Shown here piece by piece: positions 19,240 to 28,920 of a stretch of 64,000 bases of DNA; the first letter of the stretch is position 1; the number at the start of each line of letters is the position of its first letter. Below the pieces are notes generated by a model. That model ran no database searches and was not told the origin of the DNA. It was given only the letters and a program-made list of their open reading frames with translations. Both the position numbers and the translations under genes were made by a program. The DNA comes from Chloroflexota bacterium. GTDB taxonomy: Bacteria > Chloroflexota > Dehalococcoidia > UBA2979. The stretch lies in NCBI GenBank assembly GCA_027593235.1, contig JAQCIU010000007.1, forward strand, positions 1-64,000, in the 5' to 3' direction.

Positions 19240-19764
19240 ATGGGACGCACGAGGTCGATCGCCCTGCTCGCGGTGGGGTTGCTGGTCGTCGGAGCCGCGG
19301 CGATCACCGCGCTGCGCATGCTTCGCTCCTCGGACCGGGCGACCGAGGAGTGGGCGGTCGCCGTCTGTTCCGCCTCGGCGTCACACCCCCTCGACGAAGC
19401 GCCGTGGCAGGCGCTCGTCGATCGCTTCGCCGAGGGACTGCTGCTCCTCGATGCGCACGATCCGCCCGACGGCGCGGAGGCGTTCCACGCGATTGTCCAC
19501 GCGAGCCGCGAGCAGCAGCTTGTGCCGCTCCGCGCCTTCGCGCGGACGGACCCGGACGGCAGTCTCCGCGGGATGCTCGACGACCTCCAACGCATCGCGG
19601 ATATCCGGCCGCGTGGCCCGAGCACGGACGCCGCCCTCGGCACGTTCTTCGCCACCGTCGGCAGCGCCGATGGGCGCATTCGCGAAGCGGCCGGTTCGCT
19701 CCCGCAGCGGAGCCGCGAGGCGATCGAGGATCAGCCCGACTGCGCCGATCGGCTGCTGGGCTAG
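19240..19764 (+). CDS. hypothetical exported or membrane-anchored protein
   Basis: N-terminal hydrophobic helix; no family recognised. Confidence 0.6.
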   Translation: MGRTRSIALLAVGLLVVGAAAITALRMLRSSDRATEEWAVAVCSASASHPLDEAPWQALVDRFAEGLLLLDAHDPPDGAEAFHAIVHASREQQLVPLRAFARTDPDGSLRGMLDDLQRIADIRPRGPSTDAALGTFFATVGSADGRIREAAGSLPQRSREAIEDQPDCADRLLG

Positions 19765-19839
19765 CGGCTGGGAGAGGCGCGACGCGGCGAACCCGGCCCG
19801 CCGCCTGACCCCCATCCCCGCGCGTCGTAGCATCGAGGG

Positions 19840-21039
19840 ATGGACGTCGACGTGATCGTTGTCGGAGCCGGACCGGCCGGAAGCACCGCCGCGCGAGAGA
19901 TCGCCGCGACCGGCGCCAGCGTGCTGATGCTGGACCGCGCGAAATTCCCCCGCGATAAGCCCTGCGGCGGCGGCGTCACCATCCGCACCGCCGGCCTGCT
20001 GCCCTTTTCTCTCGATCCCGTGATCGAGACCGTCGTCGATACCGCCCACCTCCGCTACCGCGGCGGCAAGGACATCACCCGCCGCCACTCGCGACCGCTG
20101 ACGTACATGACGCAGCGTTCGCGGTTGGATCACTACCTCGCCGAGCGCGCGCAGGAAGCCGGCGTCGAGTTCCGCGACGGCCAGCCCGTGAAGCGCGTGC
20201 TTCGCCTCGCCGATGGCAACTACGAGGTGCGCCACCGCGACGGCTCCACCCACCGCGCGCGCGCCATCATCGGCGCCGACGGCGCGAACGGCGTGGTGCG
20301 GCTCAACCTCGGCTACGAATCGCCGATCGAGAGCGCCGTCGCCCTCGAAGGCAACATCTACTACCCGGACGGCATCCCGGAGCGGTACCGCAGCGGGATC
20401 GCGCTCAACCTCAGCTACCTCCCCGGCGGTTACGGCTGGGTCTTCCCGAAAGGCGATCACGTCAATGTCGGCGTCGGCGGCTGGAAGGCGCAGGTCGGTG
20501 GCACGCTGCGCGCGGACCTCGATCGCTTCTGCCACCTCTACGGCTTCGATACCGCCAGCGTCACCAAACTCCGCGGTCACCACCTGCCGCTGATCCGCCC
20601 GGGCGCGCTGGTCGCCGCTGGCGGATCCGCCGTGATCGGCGACGCTGCCGGCTTCGTCGATCCGCTCTCTGGCGAGGGCATCCACGGCGCCGTCGCTTCC
20701 GGCATCGCCGTCGCACCGGCGGTCGAGGATTACCTCGCGGGCCGCGTCGACTCGCTGGATGGGTATCACCACCTCGTCAGCCGCGAGCTGACCCCGAACA
20801 TCGAGGCCTCGCGCGCGCTGATGGAGATCTTCCACGCGCTGCCCCAGCCATTCGTCTGGCTGCTCCAGCACTCCGATCGGTTCTGGGACCCCGCCGGCGA
20901 ACTGGTCCGCGGTGAGCTTGAGTACCGAGTGATCGTCAACAAGTTCGGCCCCGTTGTCGCGGCCGCCCTCGATCCAGTCGCGAAGCTCGCGAAGTGGCGC
21001 ACCGGCCGCCGCTCGCTCGCGGCATCGACGATTCGCTGA
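19840..21039 (+). CDS. geranylgeranyl reductase family FAD oxidoreductase
   Basis: VGAGPAGS, FPRDKPCGGG, GADGANG, GYGWVFP, GDAAGFVDPLSGEGI. Confidence 0.92.
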   Translation: MDVDVIVVGAGPAGSTAAREIAATGASVLMLDRAKFPRDKPCGGGVTIRTAGLLPFSLDPVIETVVDTAHLRYRGGKDITRRHSRPLTYMTQRSRLDHYLAERAQEAGVEFRDGQPVKRVLRLADGNYEVRHRDGSTHRARAIIGADGANGVVRLNLGYESPIESAVALEGNIYYPDGIPERYRSGIALNLSYLPGGYGWVFPKGDHVNVGVGGWKAQVGGTLRADLDRFCHLYGFDTASVTKLRGHHLPLIRPGALVAAGGSAVIGDAAGFVDPLSGEGIHGAVASGIAVAPAVEDYLAGRVDSLDGYHHLVSRELTPNIEASRALMEIFHALPQPFVWLLQHSDRFWDPAGELVRGELEYRVIVNKFGPVVAAALDPVAKLAKWRTGRRSLAASTIR

Positions 21040-21047
21040 GCCAACGC

Positions 21048-22574
21048 GTGTCGCGACGCCTCGTCGATCCCCGCTTCGCCCGTCCCAGCGTCGCCGTCGC
21101 CATCCTCGTCGCCGCGCTCGCCCTCGCGCTGGTCGCCTGCGCCGAGGAGACGCCGGCTGGGGGCGCCTCCGCCGTCTCCACGCGGCTCCCAGTGTTCGCC
21201 ACCGCCACTACCGCGACACCTGAGGCGTCCGCCGTCGCCGGTATGACCGACACCGAGGTCAGCGCGCTCCTCCGCGAACTGATCTGCTGGTACGACGCAC
21301 CGCGGCTCGCGAAGGACTGCCTCCCCGTCGGACCGGAGGTCGCCGAGCTACTCCAGCAGATCGCCGAAAGCGGCGATCCCCGCTTCGTCGCGCCGCTGAT
21401 CGACATGCTCTGGATCGACCTCGGCTGGGACCGGTGGGTCGCGGAAGCGCTCACCGCGATCACCGGCCTCAAGTTCCCGGACGCCTACGGTTGGTCTGCC
21501 TGGATCGCGGCCGAACGACCGTCGTTGCCGAACGGTTACCTCACCTGGAAGGGCCATCTCCTCTCGCTGGTCGACGACCGCTTCACCGACCTGCTCTCCG
21601 CCGATCTCCGCCTCGGCGTCCGCCCCGAGGAGCTGATCTGGTCCCGTACCGCCATCGATGAACAGGTACCGCTGGTCGCCCCGAAGACGGTGCACCGCGT
21701 GGAGGAGCGCTACCTCCTCCCCTTCGACGTGGTCTACGGCGTCTTCCTCAACGGCGAGGCACACGCCTACCCGGAGCGCATCCTCGGCTGGCACGAGGTC
21801 GTCACGGACGAGGTGGGCGGCCGTCCGCTCGTGGTCACGCACTGCGTGCCGTGCGGCGGCGCCGTCGCCTACAACGCGACGGCCAGCGACGGCGTCGCGT
21901 ACGAGTTCGGCAACTCCGGCCTCGTCTACCACTCGCGCCGGCTCTTCTACGATCACCAGACGCAAAGCCTCTGGGACCAGCTCACCGGCGACGCGATCGC
22001 CGGCGACGCGTTTGCCGCAGGCGCCTCGCTTTCAACGGTCCCGCTGTTGCGCACCACCTGGGCCGAATGGGCTGGCCGGCACCCCAACACCACCGTGCTC
22101 TCGCTCGATACCGGCGTCGTGCGCAACTACGACGCCGGCGCCGCCCTCGTCGAGGACCAGTCCACCGATGCTCCGCTCTTCCCCGCGCCCGCCTCGAACG
22201 ACGCGAGCATCGCGCCGAAGGATCGGGTGATCGGCGTCCAGCTCGGCGGCGCCGCACGCGCTTACTCCGTCGCCGCTGTCGAGGCCGCCGGCATCGTCCA
22301 CGACGCCGTCGGCGGACAGAGCGTCGTGCTCGTCTCGCGCGGCCCCGGCCTCGGCGTCGCCGTCTACGAGGAGTACGACATCACATTCTCCTACCTGCAG
22401 GGCGCGCTCGCCGGCCTCGAACTGGTCGACACCGCCGGTGAACGCTGGTTCCTGGACGAGGCGGAGGTCGTCAGCGTGATCGATAGTCGCCAGCGCAACG
22501 CGATCCCGGGACGCCTCGCCTACTGGTTCGCCTGGTCGGACGCGTTCCCCGACACCACGCTCTGGAGCGGATAG
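21048..22574 (+). CDS. DUF3179 domain protein, probable lipoprotein
   Basis: AYPERILGWHEVVTD, CVPCG, FGNSG, YDHQTQSLWDQLTG, YWFAW; LVAC lipobox; start uncertain. Confidence 0.8.
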   Translation: MSRRLVDPRFARPSVAVAILVAALALALVACAEETPAGGASAVSTRLPVFATATTATPEASAVAGMTDTEVSALLRELICWYDAPRLAKDCLPVGPEVAELLQQIAESGDPRFVAPLIDMLWIDLGWDRWVAEALTAITGLKFPDAYGWSAWIAAERPSLPNGYLTWKGHLLSLVDDRFTDLLSADLRLGVRPEELIWSRTAIDEQVPLVAPKTVHRVEERYLLPFDVVYGVFLNGEAHAYPERILGWHEVVTDEVGGRPLVVTHCVPCGGAVAYNATASDGVAYEFGNSGLVYHSRRLFYDHQTQSLWDQLTGDAIAGDAFAAGASLSTVPLLRTTWAEWAGRHPNTTVLSLDTGVVRNYDAGAALVEDQSTDAPLFPAPASNDASIAPKDRVIGVQLGGAARAYSVAAVEAAGIVHDAVGGQSVVLVSRGPGLGVAVYEEYDITFSYLQGALAGLELVDTAGERWFLDEAEVVSVIDSRQRNAIPGRLAYWFAWSDAFPDTTLWSG

Positions 22575-22716
22575 AGCCCGCTCTTCCGTGTTCCGGCGAG
22601 CTCGCGCGAAGCGCGGCCTCCGAACGAGGTACAGGGGCGAAGCCCCTGGGGGTGATCCCTCCCCCACCCAGACCACCGCCGAGGCTAGCGACTCCACCCT
22701 CGGGAAATCCCGCAGG

Positions 22717-22746
22717 TTGACTGCCGCTCCGGTGCGCGACAATACT
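22717..22746 (+). promoter_or_regulatory. candidate sigma70 promoter of the ilvB leader
   Basis: TTGACT-N18-AATACT, 9 nt before the leader ATG. Confidence 0.45.
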
Positions 22747-22755
22747 GAACACATC

Positions 22756-22848
22756 ATGCGAACGGACATCAGCATCGACGCCTCTTCGACGGTCGCCAAC
22801 GGCGGCCCGCTCGTGATGCCCGTTCTCCTCGTACTCGTACTTATCTAG
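22756..22848 (+). CDS. ilvB leader peptide MRTDISIDASSTVANGGPLVMPVLLVLVLI
   Basis: 30-aa uORF ending in 8 consecutive V/L/I codons, followed by hairpins at 22848-22885 and 22888-22906. Confidence 0.8.
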   Translation: MRTDISIDASSTVANGGPLVMPVLLVLVLI

Positions 22849-22961
22849 GCGACGCTGCGCGTCCATCTGGACGTACAGTGTCGCCGCCGGCCCGCGTGAC
22901 GGGCCGATTCGCATGCCCGAGGACAGATCCCCAGACCGAGCAGTGTGATGGACCAGTACCG

Positions 22962-24659
22962 ATGACCAAGATGATGGGCGCCGACATCGTTCTCGAATGC
23001 TTGAAGCGGGTCGGCATCGACACCGTCTTCGGCTACCCGGGCGGCGTCGTACTGCCGCTCTACGACCGCTGGCCCTCACACCCCGAGGTGCGCCACGTCC
23101 TCGTGCGCCACGAGCAGGCCGCCGGCCACGCCGCCGAGGGCTATGCGAAGGCCTCCGGCAGGCTGGGTTGCGCCCTCGCGACCTCCGGTCCCGGCGCGAC
23201 CAATCTGGTCACCGCGATCACCGACGCGATGATGGACAGCATTCCGGTGCTGTTCGTCACCGGGAACGTCTCGCGCGAACTGCTCGGTCGTGACGGCTTC
23301 CAGGAAGCCGACATCACCGGGATCACCATGCCGATCACCAAGCACAACTACCTGGTGATGCGCGCCGAAGACATCGCACCCGCCTTCGCCGAAGCCGCCT
23401 ACATCGCGATGACCGGCCGCACCGGCCCGGTCCACATCGACATCCCGAAGGACGTCTTCCTTGAGGAGGCCGAGTTCGAGTGGCCCGGCGAAGTCTCGAT
23501 CCGCGGCTACCGCCCCAGCTCCCGAGGTAACCCCGCGCAGGTGAAGCGCGCCGCCGAGCTGATCCGCCGCGCCGAGCGCCCGATCATCTTCGCCGGCCAC
23601 GGCATCATCCAGGGCAACGCCTCCGAGGAGCTGATCGAGTTCGCCGAGAAGTCCGGCACCCCGGTGCTGAACACCTTGCTCGGCCTCGGTTCGATCCCAC
23701 AGGACCACGTGCTGTCCTACGGCATGCTCGGCATGCACGGCTCCTACTGGGCGAACCACGCCGCCTCCGCCGCCGATCTGATCATTGGCCTCGGCATGCG
23801 CATGGACGACCGCGCGCTCGGTCGCTTCGCCGACCTCAACCCGAAGGCGCAGGTCATCCACGTCGACATCGACCCCGCCGAGCACAACAAGAACATCCTT
23901 GCCACCGTCCCGATCGTCGGTGACGTCCGCGAGGTGCTGACCCAGCTCGTCGCCGAGTTCGAGCCAACGACCCACGTCGAGTGGATTCGCTGGATCGACG
24001 ATCTGCGCCGCGATCACTCCGAGTCCTACTCGGTGCCCACGGGCCCCGAGCTAACCACGCAGTACGCGGAGTCGCGCATCGCCGCGATGGCCGGGCGCGA
24101 GGCGGTCGTCGTCACGGGCGTTGGGCAGCACCAGATGTGGGCCGCCCAGCACATGGACATCTCCCGCCCGCGGCAGCTCATCACCTCGGGCGGTCTTGGC
24201 ACGATGGGCTTCGAGGTGCCGGCCGCCGTCGGCGCCGCGGTCGCGCAGCCGGACCGCATCGTCTGGACCATCTGCGGCGACGGCGGGTTCCAGATGACCT
24301 CGCAGGAGCTGTCGACGATGGTCGACGAGAACCTGCCGGTGAAGATGGCCATCATGAACAACGGCTTCCTCGGCATGGTCCGCCAGTGGCAGGAGCTGTT
24401 CTACAAGGACAACTACGTGTCCGTGCAGATCTCCCAGCCCGACTTCGTAAAGCTCGCCGAGGCATACGGCGTCAAAGCGATCCGCGTCAGCGAGAAATCC
24501 GAGGTCGACGGCGCCATCGCCGAGGCCCACGCCCACGACGGCCCGGTCCTGATCGACTTCCAGGTCCAGGCAGAGGGCAACGTCTGGCCGATGGTGCCCG
24601 CCGGCGCCGCCTTGAACGAAACCATCGAGTCCCCGAACGAAGTCGAGGCACCAGCGTGA
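22962..24659 (+). CDS. ilvB: acetolactate synthase large subunit
   Basis: FGYPGG, RHEQ, TSGPGATN, GVGQHQMW, GDGGFQM, MVRQWQ. Confidence 0.97.
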   Translation: MTKMMGADIVLECLKRVGIDTVFGYPGGVVLPLYDRWPSHPEVRHVLVRHEQAAGHAAEGYAKASGRLGCALATSGPGATNLVTAITDAMMDSIPVLFVTGNVSRELLGRDGFQEADITGITMPITKHNYLVMRAEDIAPAFAEAAYIAMTGRTGPVHIDIPKDVFLEEAEFEWPGEVSIRGYRPSSRGNPAQVKRAAELIRRAERPIIFAGHGIIQGNASEELIEFAEKSGTPVLNTLLGLGSIPQDHVLSYGMLGMHGSYWANHAASAADLIIGLGMRMDDRALGRFADLNPKAQVIHVDIDPAEHNKNILATVPIVGDVREVLTQLVAEFEPTTHVEWIRWIDDLRRDHSESYSVPTGPELTTQYAESRIAAMAGREAVVVTGVGQHQMWAAQHMDISRPRQLITSGGLGTMGFEVPAAVGAAVAQPDRIVWTICGDGGFQMTSQELSTMVDENLPVKMAIMNNGFLGMVRQWQELFYKDNYVSVQISQPDFVKLAEAYGVKAIRVSEKSEVDGAIAEAHAHDGPVLIDFQVQAEGNVWPMVPAGAALNETIESPNEVEAPA

Positions 24660-24790
24660 GCTTCCGAGCGAACGCATCAACGCCCCACAGCGTGAGATTC
24701 CGAGCGAACGCATCGAGACGGCCCAGCGCGAACTTCCGAGCGAGCGCATCAACGCCCTGCAGCGTGAGCTTCCGAGCGAGCGCATCGAAG
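24652..24790 (+). repeat. four copies of a 36-bp tandem repeat (CAGCGTGAGCTTCCGAGCGARCGCATC...), MIRU-like
   Basis: units start at 24652, 24688, 24724 and 24760. Confidence 0.92.
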
Positions 24791-24801
24791 AGAGACGACG
24801 C

Positions 24802-25398
24802 ATGACGACCGCCGGGAAGACGATGAGCCACACTGTCGCCGCGCTGGTCGAAGACCGGCCCGGTGTCCTCAACCGCGTCGCCTCGCTGTTCCGACGGCGC
24901 GGCTTCAACATCGAATCGCTCGCCGTCGGCTCCACCGAGGAGCCGGGCATCTCGCGTATGACCTTCGTCGTCGAGGGCGGCGAGGGCATCGTCGAGCAGG
25001 TCGAGAAGCAGCTCTACAAGCTGATCGACGTGGTCAAGGTCTCCGACCTCACCCACGAGGACGCCGTCATCCGCGAGCTGGCGCTGATCAAGGTGCGCTG
25101 CCGTCCGGAGCAGCGCCGCGAAATCCTCGACCTGGTCGAGATCTTCCGCGCACAGGCGGTCGACGTGACACAGAACGGCATGGTCATCCAGCTCGTCGCG
25201 CAACCCGAAACGCTCGACGGCCTGCTGGACAACCTGCGACCGTACGGCATCCGGGAGATGGTCCGCACCGGTCGCATCGCGATCGCGCGCGGCGCCAAGA
25301 CCACCGCCGTCCACGAACCGGAATCGGAAGCGGCCGCCCGCTTCCACCATGAATCCGGTCGTCGTCCTGAGGGCGAGCTGCCCTACGTGTCAAAGTAG
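24802..25398 (+). CDS. ilvN: acetolactate synthase small subunit
   Basis: LVEDRPGVLNRVASLFRRRGFNIESLAVG, RELALIKV, EMVRTG. Confidence 0.96.
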   Translation: MTTAGKTMSHTVAALVEDRPGVLNRVASLFRRRGFNIESLAVGSTEEPGISRMTFVVEGGEGIVEQVEKQLYKLIDVVKVSDLTHEDAVIRELALIKVRCRPEQRREILDLVEIFRAQAVDVTQNGMVIQLVAQPETLDGLLDNLRPYGIREMVRTGRIAIARGAKTTAVHEPESEAAARFHHESGRRPEGELPYVSK

Positions 25399-25445
25399 CG
25401 TGGGCGAGCTAACGTACGGATCGAAGTAGCGAGAGGCCCGCAGGC

Positions 25446-25574
25446 ATGTCCGTCCAGCAGCGCGAGCGCGTCATCGAACGCACGGGAGTCCCGGACCTCT
25501 GCTCGCCGCTGCACGTCAGCCTGTCCCGCTCGCTGCTGCTCGGCCTCGTCCTTCGTCGGCCCTCCGCCGCCTGA
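25446..25574 (+). CDS. leuA leader peptide (42 aa, ending SLLLGLVLRRPSAA)
   Basis: uORF with a Leu cluster; alternative pairings around its stop codon. Confidence 0.7.
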   Translation: MSVQQRERVIERTGVPDLCSPLHVSLSRSLLLGLVLRRPSAA

Positions 25575-25664
25575 TCGGGCGGACGGGAGGGCGCTACGCA
25601 CCGACCTGGTGCACCACAGGGGCGCACCGACCGCAGCACGAACAAGCATTGACGGAGCGACATC

Positions 25665-27218
25665 ATGGCTGACACCGACAAGGTCTACATCTTCGACACC
25701 ACCCTGCGCGATGGCGAACAGTCGGCGGGCATCGGATTCTCGATCGACGAGAAGGTCGAGATCGCGAAAGCGCTCGCCCGTCTGAACGTCGACATCATCG
25801 AGGCCGGCTTTCCGATCTCCTCCCCCGGCGACCTCGAGGCCGTCGCGCAGATCGCGAAGCAGGTCAAGGGCCCGGTGATCGCCGGCCTCGCACGCGCCGC
25901 CTTCGGCGACGTGGACGCCGTCTGGGAAGCCGTACGCCACGCGGAGAGCCCGCGTATCCACGTCTTCCTCTCCTCCAGTGACATCCACCTGGCGCAGCAA
26001 CTCCACAAGAACCGCGAAGACGTGATGGAGATGGCGCGCGCCGCCGTCTCCCGCGCCGCCGGCTACACCTCGGACGTCGAGTTCTCGCCGATGGACGCCA
26101 CCCGCTCCAACCCGGAGTTCGTCTACCAGCTCGTCCAGGCCGCCATCGAGGAAGGCGCCACCACGATCAACATCCCGGACACCGTCGGCTACGCCATCCC
26201 GAAGGAGTTCGAGGCGTTCATCCGCTCGCTGCCGGAGCACGTACCGGACATGCACAAGGCGCGCATCTCCGTGCACTGCCAGAACGACCTGGGCATGGCC
26301 ACCGCCAACTCGATGGCTGGCATCCTCGGTGGCGCGCGCCAGGTGGAGGGCACGATTAACGGCATCGGCGAACGCGCCGGTAACGCCTCCCTCGAAGAGA
26401 TCATCATGGCGATCCAGACCCGCGCCGACTTCATGCACGTCCACACGGACGCCAATCCGCGCGAGATCTACGCGATCAGCCAGCTCGTCGAGCGCGCTTC
26501 CGGCATGGCGATCCAGCCACACAAGGCGATCGTCGGGAAGAACGCGTTCCGCCACTCCTCCGGCATCCACCAGGACGGCGTCCTGAAGATGCGCGAGACC
26601 TACGAAATCATGGACCCGGAGGCCATCGGTATCCCCGGTGGCTCCTCGATCGTCCTCACCAAGACCTCCGGGCGCCACGGCCTGCAGTCACGGTTGAGCG
26701 CGATCGGCGTCGAGCCCGCCGACGACGAGTTCCAGCGCATCTGGGAGGCGTTCCTCGACGTCGCCGACGCCAAGGACGAGGTCGACGACCGCGACCTGAT
26801 GGCGATCGTCGCCGAGCAGACCCAGATCAAGATCGAGGATGCCTGGACGCTCGACCTCGTGCAGGTCTCCAGCAGTGACCACGGCACGCCCACCGCCACG
26901 ATCCGCCTGATCGGCCCCGAGGGCGCCGCCCACGAAGATGCCGCGATCGGCACCGGCCCGGTGGACGCCATCTACCGTGCCATCAGCCGCGTCACCGGCA
27001 CCCAGCACGACCTCACAGAGTTCGCCGTGAAGTCCGTCACCGAGGGCATCGACGCCCAGGGCGAAGTCACGATCCGCATCGAGGCAGACGGCATCATCTA
27101 CCAGGGCCGCGCCGCCGACACGGACATCCTCGTCGCCAGCGCCCGCGCCTACCTGCACGCGCTCAACCGCTCGATCGCGGCCGCAGCACAACGCCAGGCC
27201 GTCCCCGCGACCGTCTAA
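25665..27218 (+). CDS. leuA: 2-isopropylmalate synthase
   Basis: FDTTLRDGEQ, HCQNDLG, GIGERAGN, HSSGIHQDG, GTGPVDA regulatory domain. Confidence 0.96.
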   Translation: MADTDKVYIFDTTLRDGEQSAGIGFSIDEKVEIAKALARLNVDIIEAGFPISSPGDLEAVAQIAKQVKGPVIAGLARAAFGDVDAVWEAVRHAESPRIHVFLSSSDIHLAQQLHKNREDVMEMARAAVSRAAGYTSDVEFSPMDATRSNPEFVYQLVQAAIEEGATTINIPDTVGYAIPKEFEAFIRSLPEHVPDMHKARISVHCQNDLGMATANSMAGILGGARQVEGTINGIGERAGNASLEEIIMAIQTRADFMHVHTDANPREIYAISQLVERASGMAIQPHKAIVGKNAFRHSSGIHQDGVLKMRETYEIMDPEAIGIPGGSSIVLTKTSGRHGLQSRLSAIGVEPADDEFQRIWEAFLDVADAKDEVDDRDLMAIVAEQTQIKIEDAWTLDLVQVSSSDHGTPTATIRLIGPEGAAHEDAAIGTGPVDAIYRAISRVTGTQHDLTEFAVKSVTEGIDAQGEVTIRIEADGIIYQGRAADTDILVASARAYLHALNRSIAAAAQRQAVPATV

Positions 27219-27232
27219 CCGGTGATCAACAG

Positions 27233-27261
27233 ACGTCGGGGTTCGATGTGAACCCCGACGT
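27233..27261. terminator. perfect 12-bp stem-loop between convergent genes
   Basis: ACGTCGGGGTTC-GATGT-GAACCCCGACGT; no U-tract. Confidence 0.55.
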
Positions 27262-27296
27262 TCGGCAGTCGGCAAGGTGGCTGTCGAAGGTGGGGC

Positions 27297-27605
27297 TTAG
27301 TTGACCCCGCGAGCCTTCTCGCTGATCACGCGGCCCAGAGTCCACTTGCCACCGCGTCGCCGAACACGACCGTCATCCTCGAGGTAGAGGAAGACGGTTT
27401 GATCCTTCTTCGCCGCGTACCAGGCGACATACAGCAGGCCTGGTATGGCGAACAGGAGCAGCAACAAGATGAACGCAAGGAAGCTAAACCGCTTCCGTTT
27501 CACCAGAGATGCGGATGTCTCCGTTTGGCTCGTGACTTCGAACCCACGGCCGACGTAGCGCGCGATCTCTTCCTGGAGTGCTGGTGTTGCCAAGGACTCC
27601 CCCAT
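27297..27605 (-). CDS. small membrane protein
   Basis: GFEVTSQTETSASLVKRKRFS followed by a hydrophobic hairpin. Confidence 0.7.
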   Translation of the reverse strand: MGESLATPALQEEIARYVGRGFEVTSQTETSASLVKRKRFSFLAFILLLLLFAIPGLLYVAWYAAKKDQTVFLYLEDDGRVRRRGGKWTLGRVISEKARGVN

Positions 27606-27730
27606 CCAAGTCGGACCACCGAGAAGTATTTCGGTAGTGTCCTAGCAGATTCATGACATTATCCCGAAGGACCGGTTGCGAAACAGCAAGAACAACATCC
27701 GTCCCGCGCGACCCCACGGTCGCCGCCTTC

Positions 27731-27889
27731 GATCCGGCGCGGCGAACGACGTGTGCTCACCGCCCGGGGGGAAGCGAAGCCCTCGCGCGGTGCGCGACCA
27801 ACGGAGAGGCGCCCCGCAGACATGCAGGGTGGGTAGGCGGGACTACCTGCAAGTAACGTCGCGGGCAAAGCCGGCTCCCTCTCCGCGCA
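27731..27889. repeat. REP/MITE-like intergenic repeat, copy 1
   Basis: GCCCCGCAGACATGCAGGGTGGGTAGGCGGGA..CGTCGCGGGCAAAGCC matches 28980-29042. Confidence 0.75.
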
Positions 27890-27950
27890 GACGGTCCCTA
27901 TCCTCAACCTCACCGTGCGGACGACGAAGCAGCGGCAAGGAGCAGCGGCG

Positions 27951-28811
27951 ATGGAGGCGACAGAGGTCTCGCGGAGATTGACGGCAACGACGGCCGTTGC
28001 CTCGGAGCTCGGCCTGCTGGTCGAAGAGACGATCGTCATTCAGCCTGCGAACCGGCTCACGGTGCGACTGCTGCCGTGTGATGTGCTCGCTCGCGTCGCG
28101 GCCACGGTTCGACGGAACCAGGAAATCGCAACGTTCGAGATCGAGGTCGCACGGCGCCTCGAGGAAATCGACAGCCCGATCGCTGTACTCGATCCTCGGG
28201 TGGAGCCGCTCGTCTATCTCCGTGACGGCTACGCCATCACCTTGTGGAAGTACTACGACCCCCTGCCCGCAGCCGACATCACACCGGCCGCGTACGCGCA
28301 GGCCCTCGAACGCCTGCATACCGGCATGCGGCAGCTCGATGTGGCCGCGCCACACTTCACGGACCGGGTCGATCAGGCGCAGTCGATCGTCCAGGACCGT
28401 TCGCTGAGTCCGGAGCTCACTGACGCCGACCGGGAGCTCCTGACCAACACACTGCGCAGCCTGCGGCGGGCCGTCGTCGACCGAGGCGCGAACGAGCAGC
28501 TACTGCACGGTGAACCGCACGCCGGCAACCTGCTGAGCACCACGAGCGGCATGCGATTCATCGACTTCGAGACGTGTTGCACCGGGCCCGTCGAATTCGA
28601 TATCGCCCATGCGCCCGACGAGGTTGGCGATCACTACCCGCTCGCCGATCAGCTCTTACTGCGCGACTGCCGCATCCTCAAGCTGGCGATGGTCGCGGCG
28701 TGGCGAGCCTATCGGGACGATGTATTCCCGAACGGGCGCGAGATGCGTGATTCACTGCTCAGCGAAATCAGAGAAGCCCTCGAACTGCACCGCATCGACG
28801 TACGTCAGTGA
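27951..28811 (+). CDS. aminoglycoside phosphotransferase (APH)-like kinase
   Basis: LLHGEPHAGN, FIDFETCCTGPVEFD. Confidence 0.82.
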   Translation: MEATEVSRRLTATTAVASELGLLVEETIVIQPANRLTVRLLPCDVLARVAATVRRNQEIATFEIEVARRLEEIDSPIAVLDPRVEPLVYLRDGYAITLWKYYDPLPAADITPAAYAQALERLHTGMRQLDVAAPHFTDRVDQAQSIVQDRSLSPELTDADRELLTNTLRSLRRAVVDRGANEQLLHGEPHAGNLLSTTSGMRFIDFETCCTGPVEFDIAHAPDEVGDHYPLADQLLLRDCRILKLAMVAAWRAYRDDVFPNGREMRDSLLSEIREALELHRIDVRQ

Positions 28812-28920
28812 GTGCGGTGCAACTCAGCCGAACCGTCACGTCTCCTGGTTTGGCCGTCTCTTGGGACCTGAGACGCGACCTCCTCGGTACCCGCGAATAA
28901 ACCGCCAAGTCCCCGCGCTA

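Noticed and set aside
24652-24790. 36-bp repeats as a CRISPR array
   Set aside because: Units are contiguous with only ~9 variable nt, there are no true spacers and no cas genes
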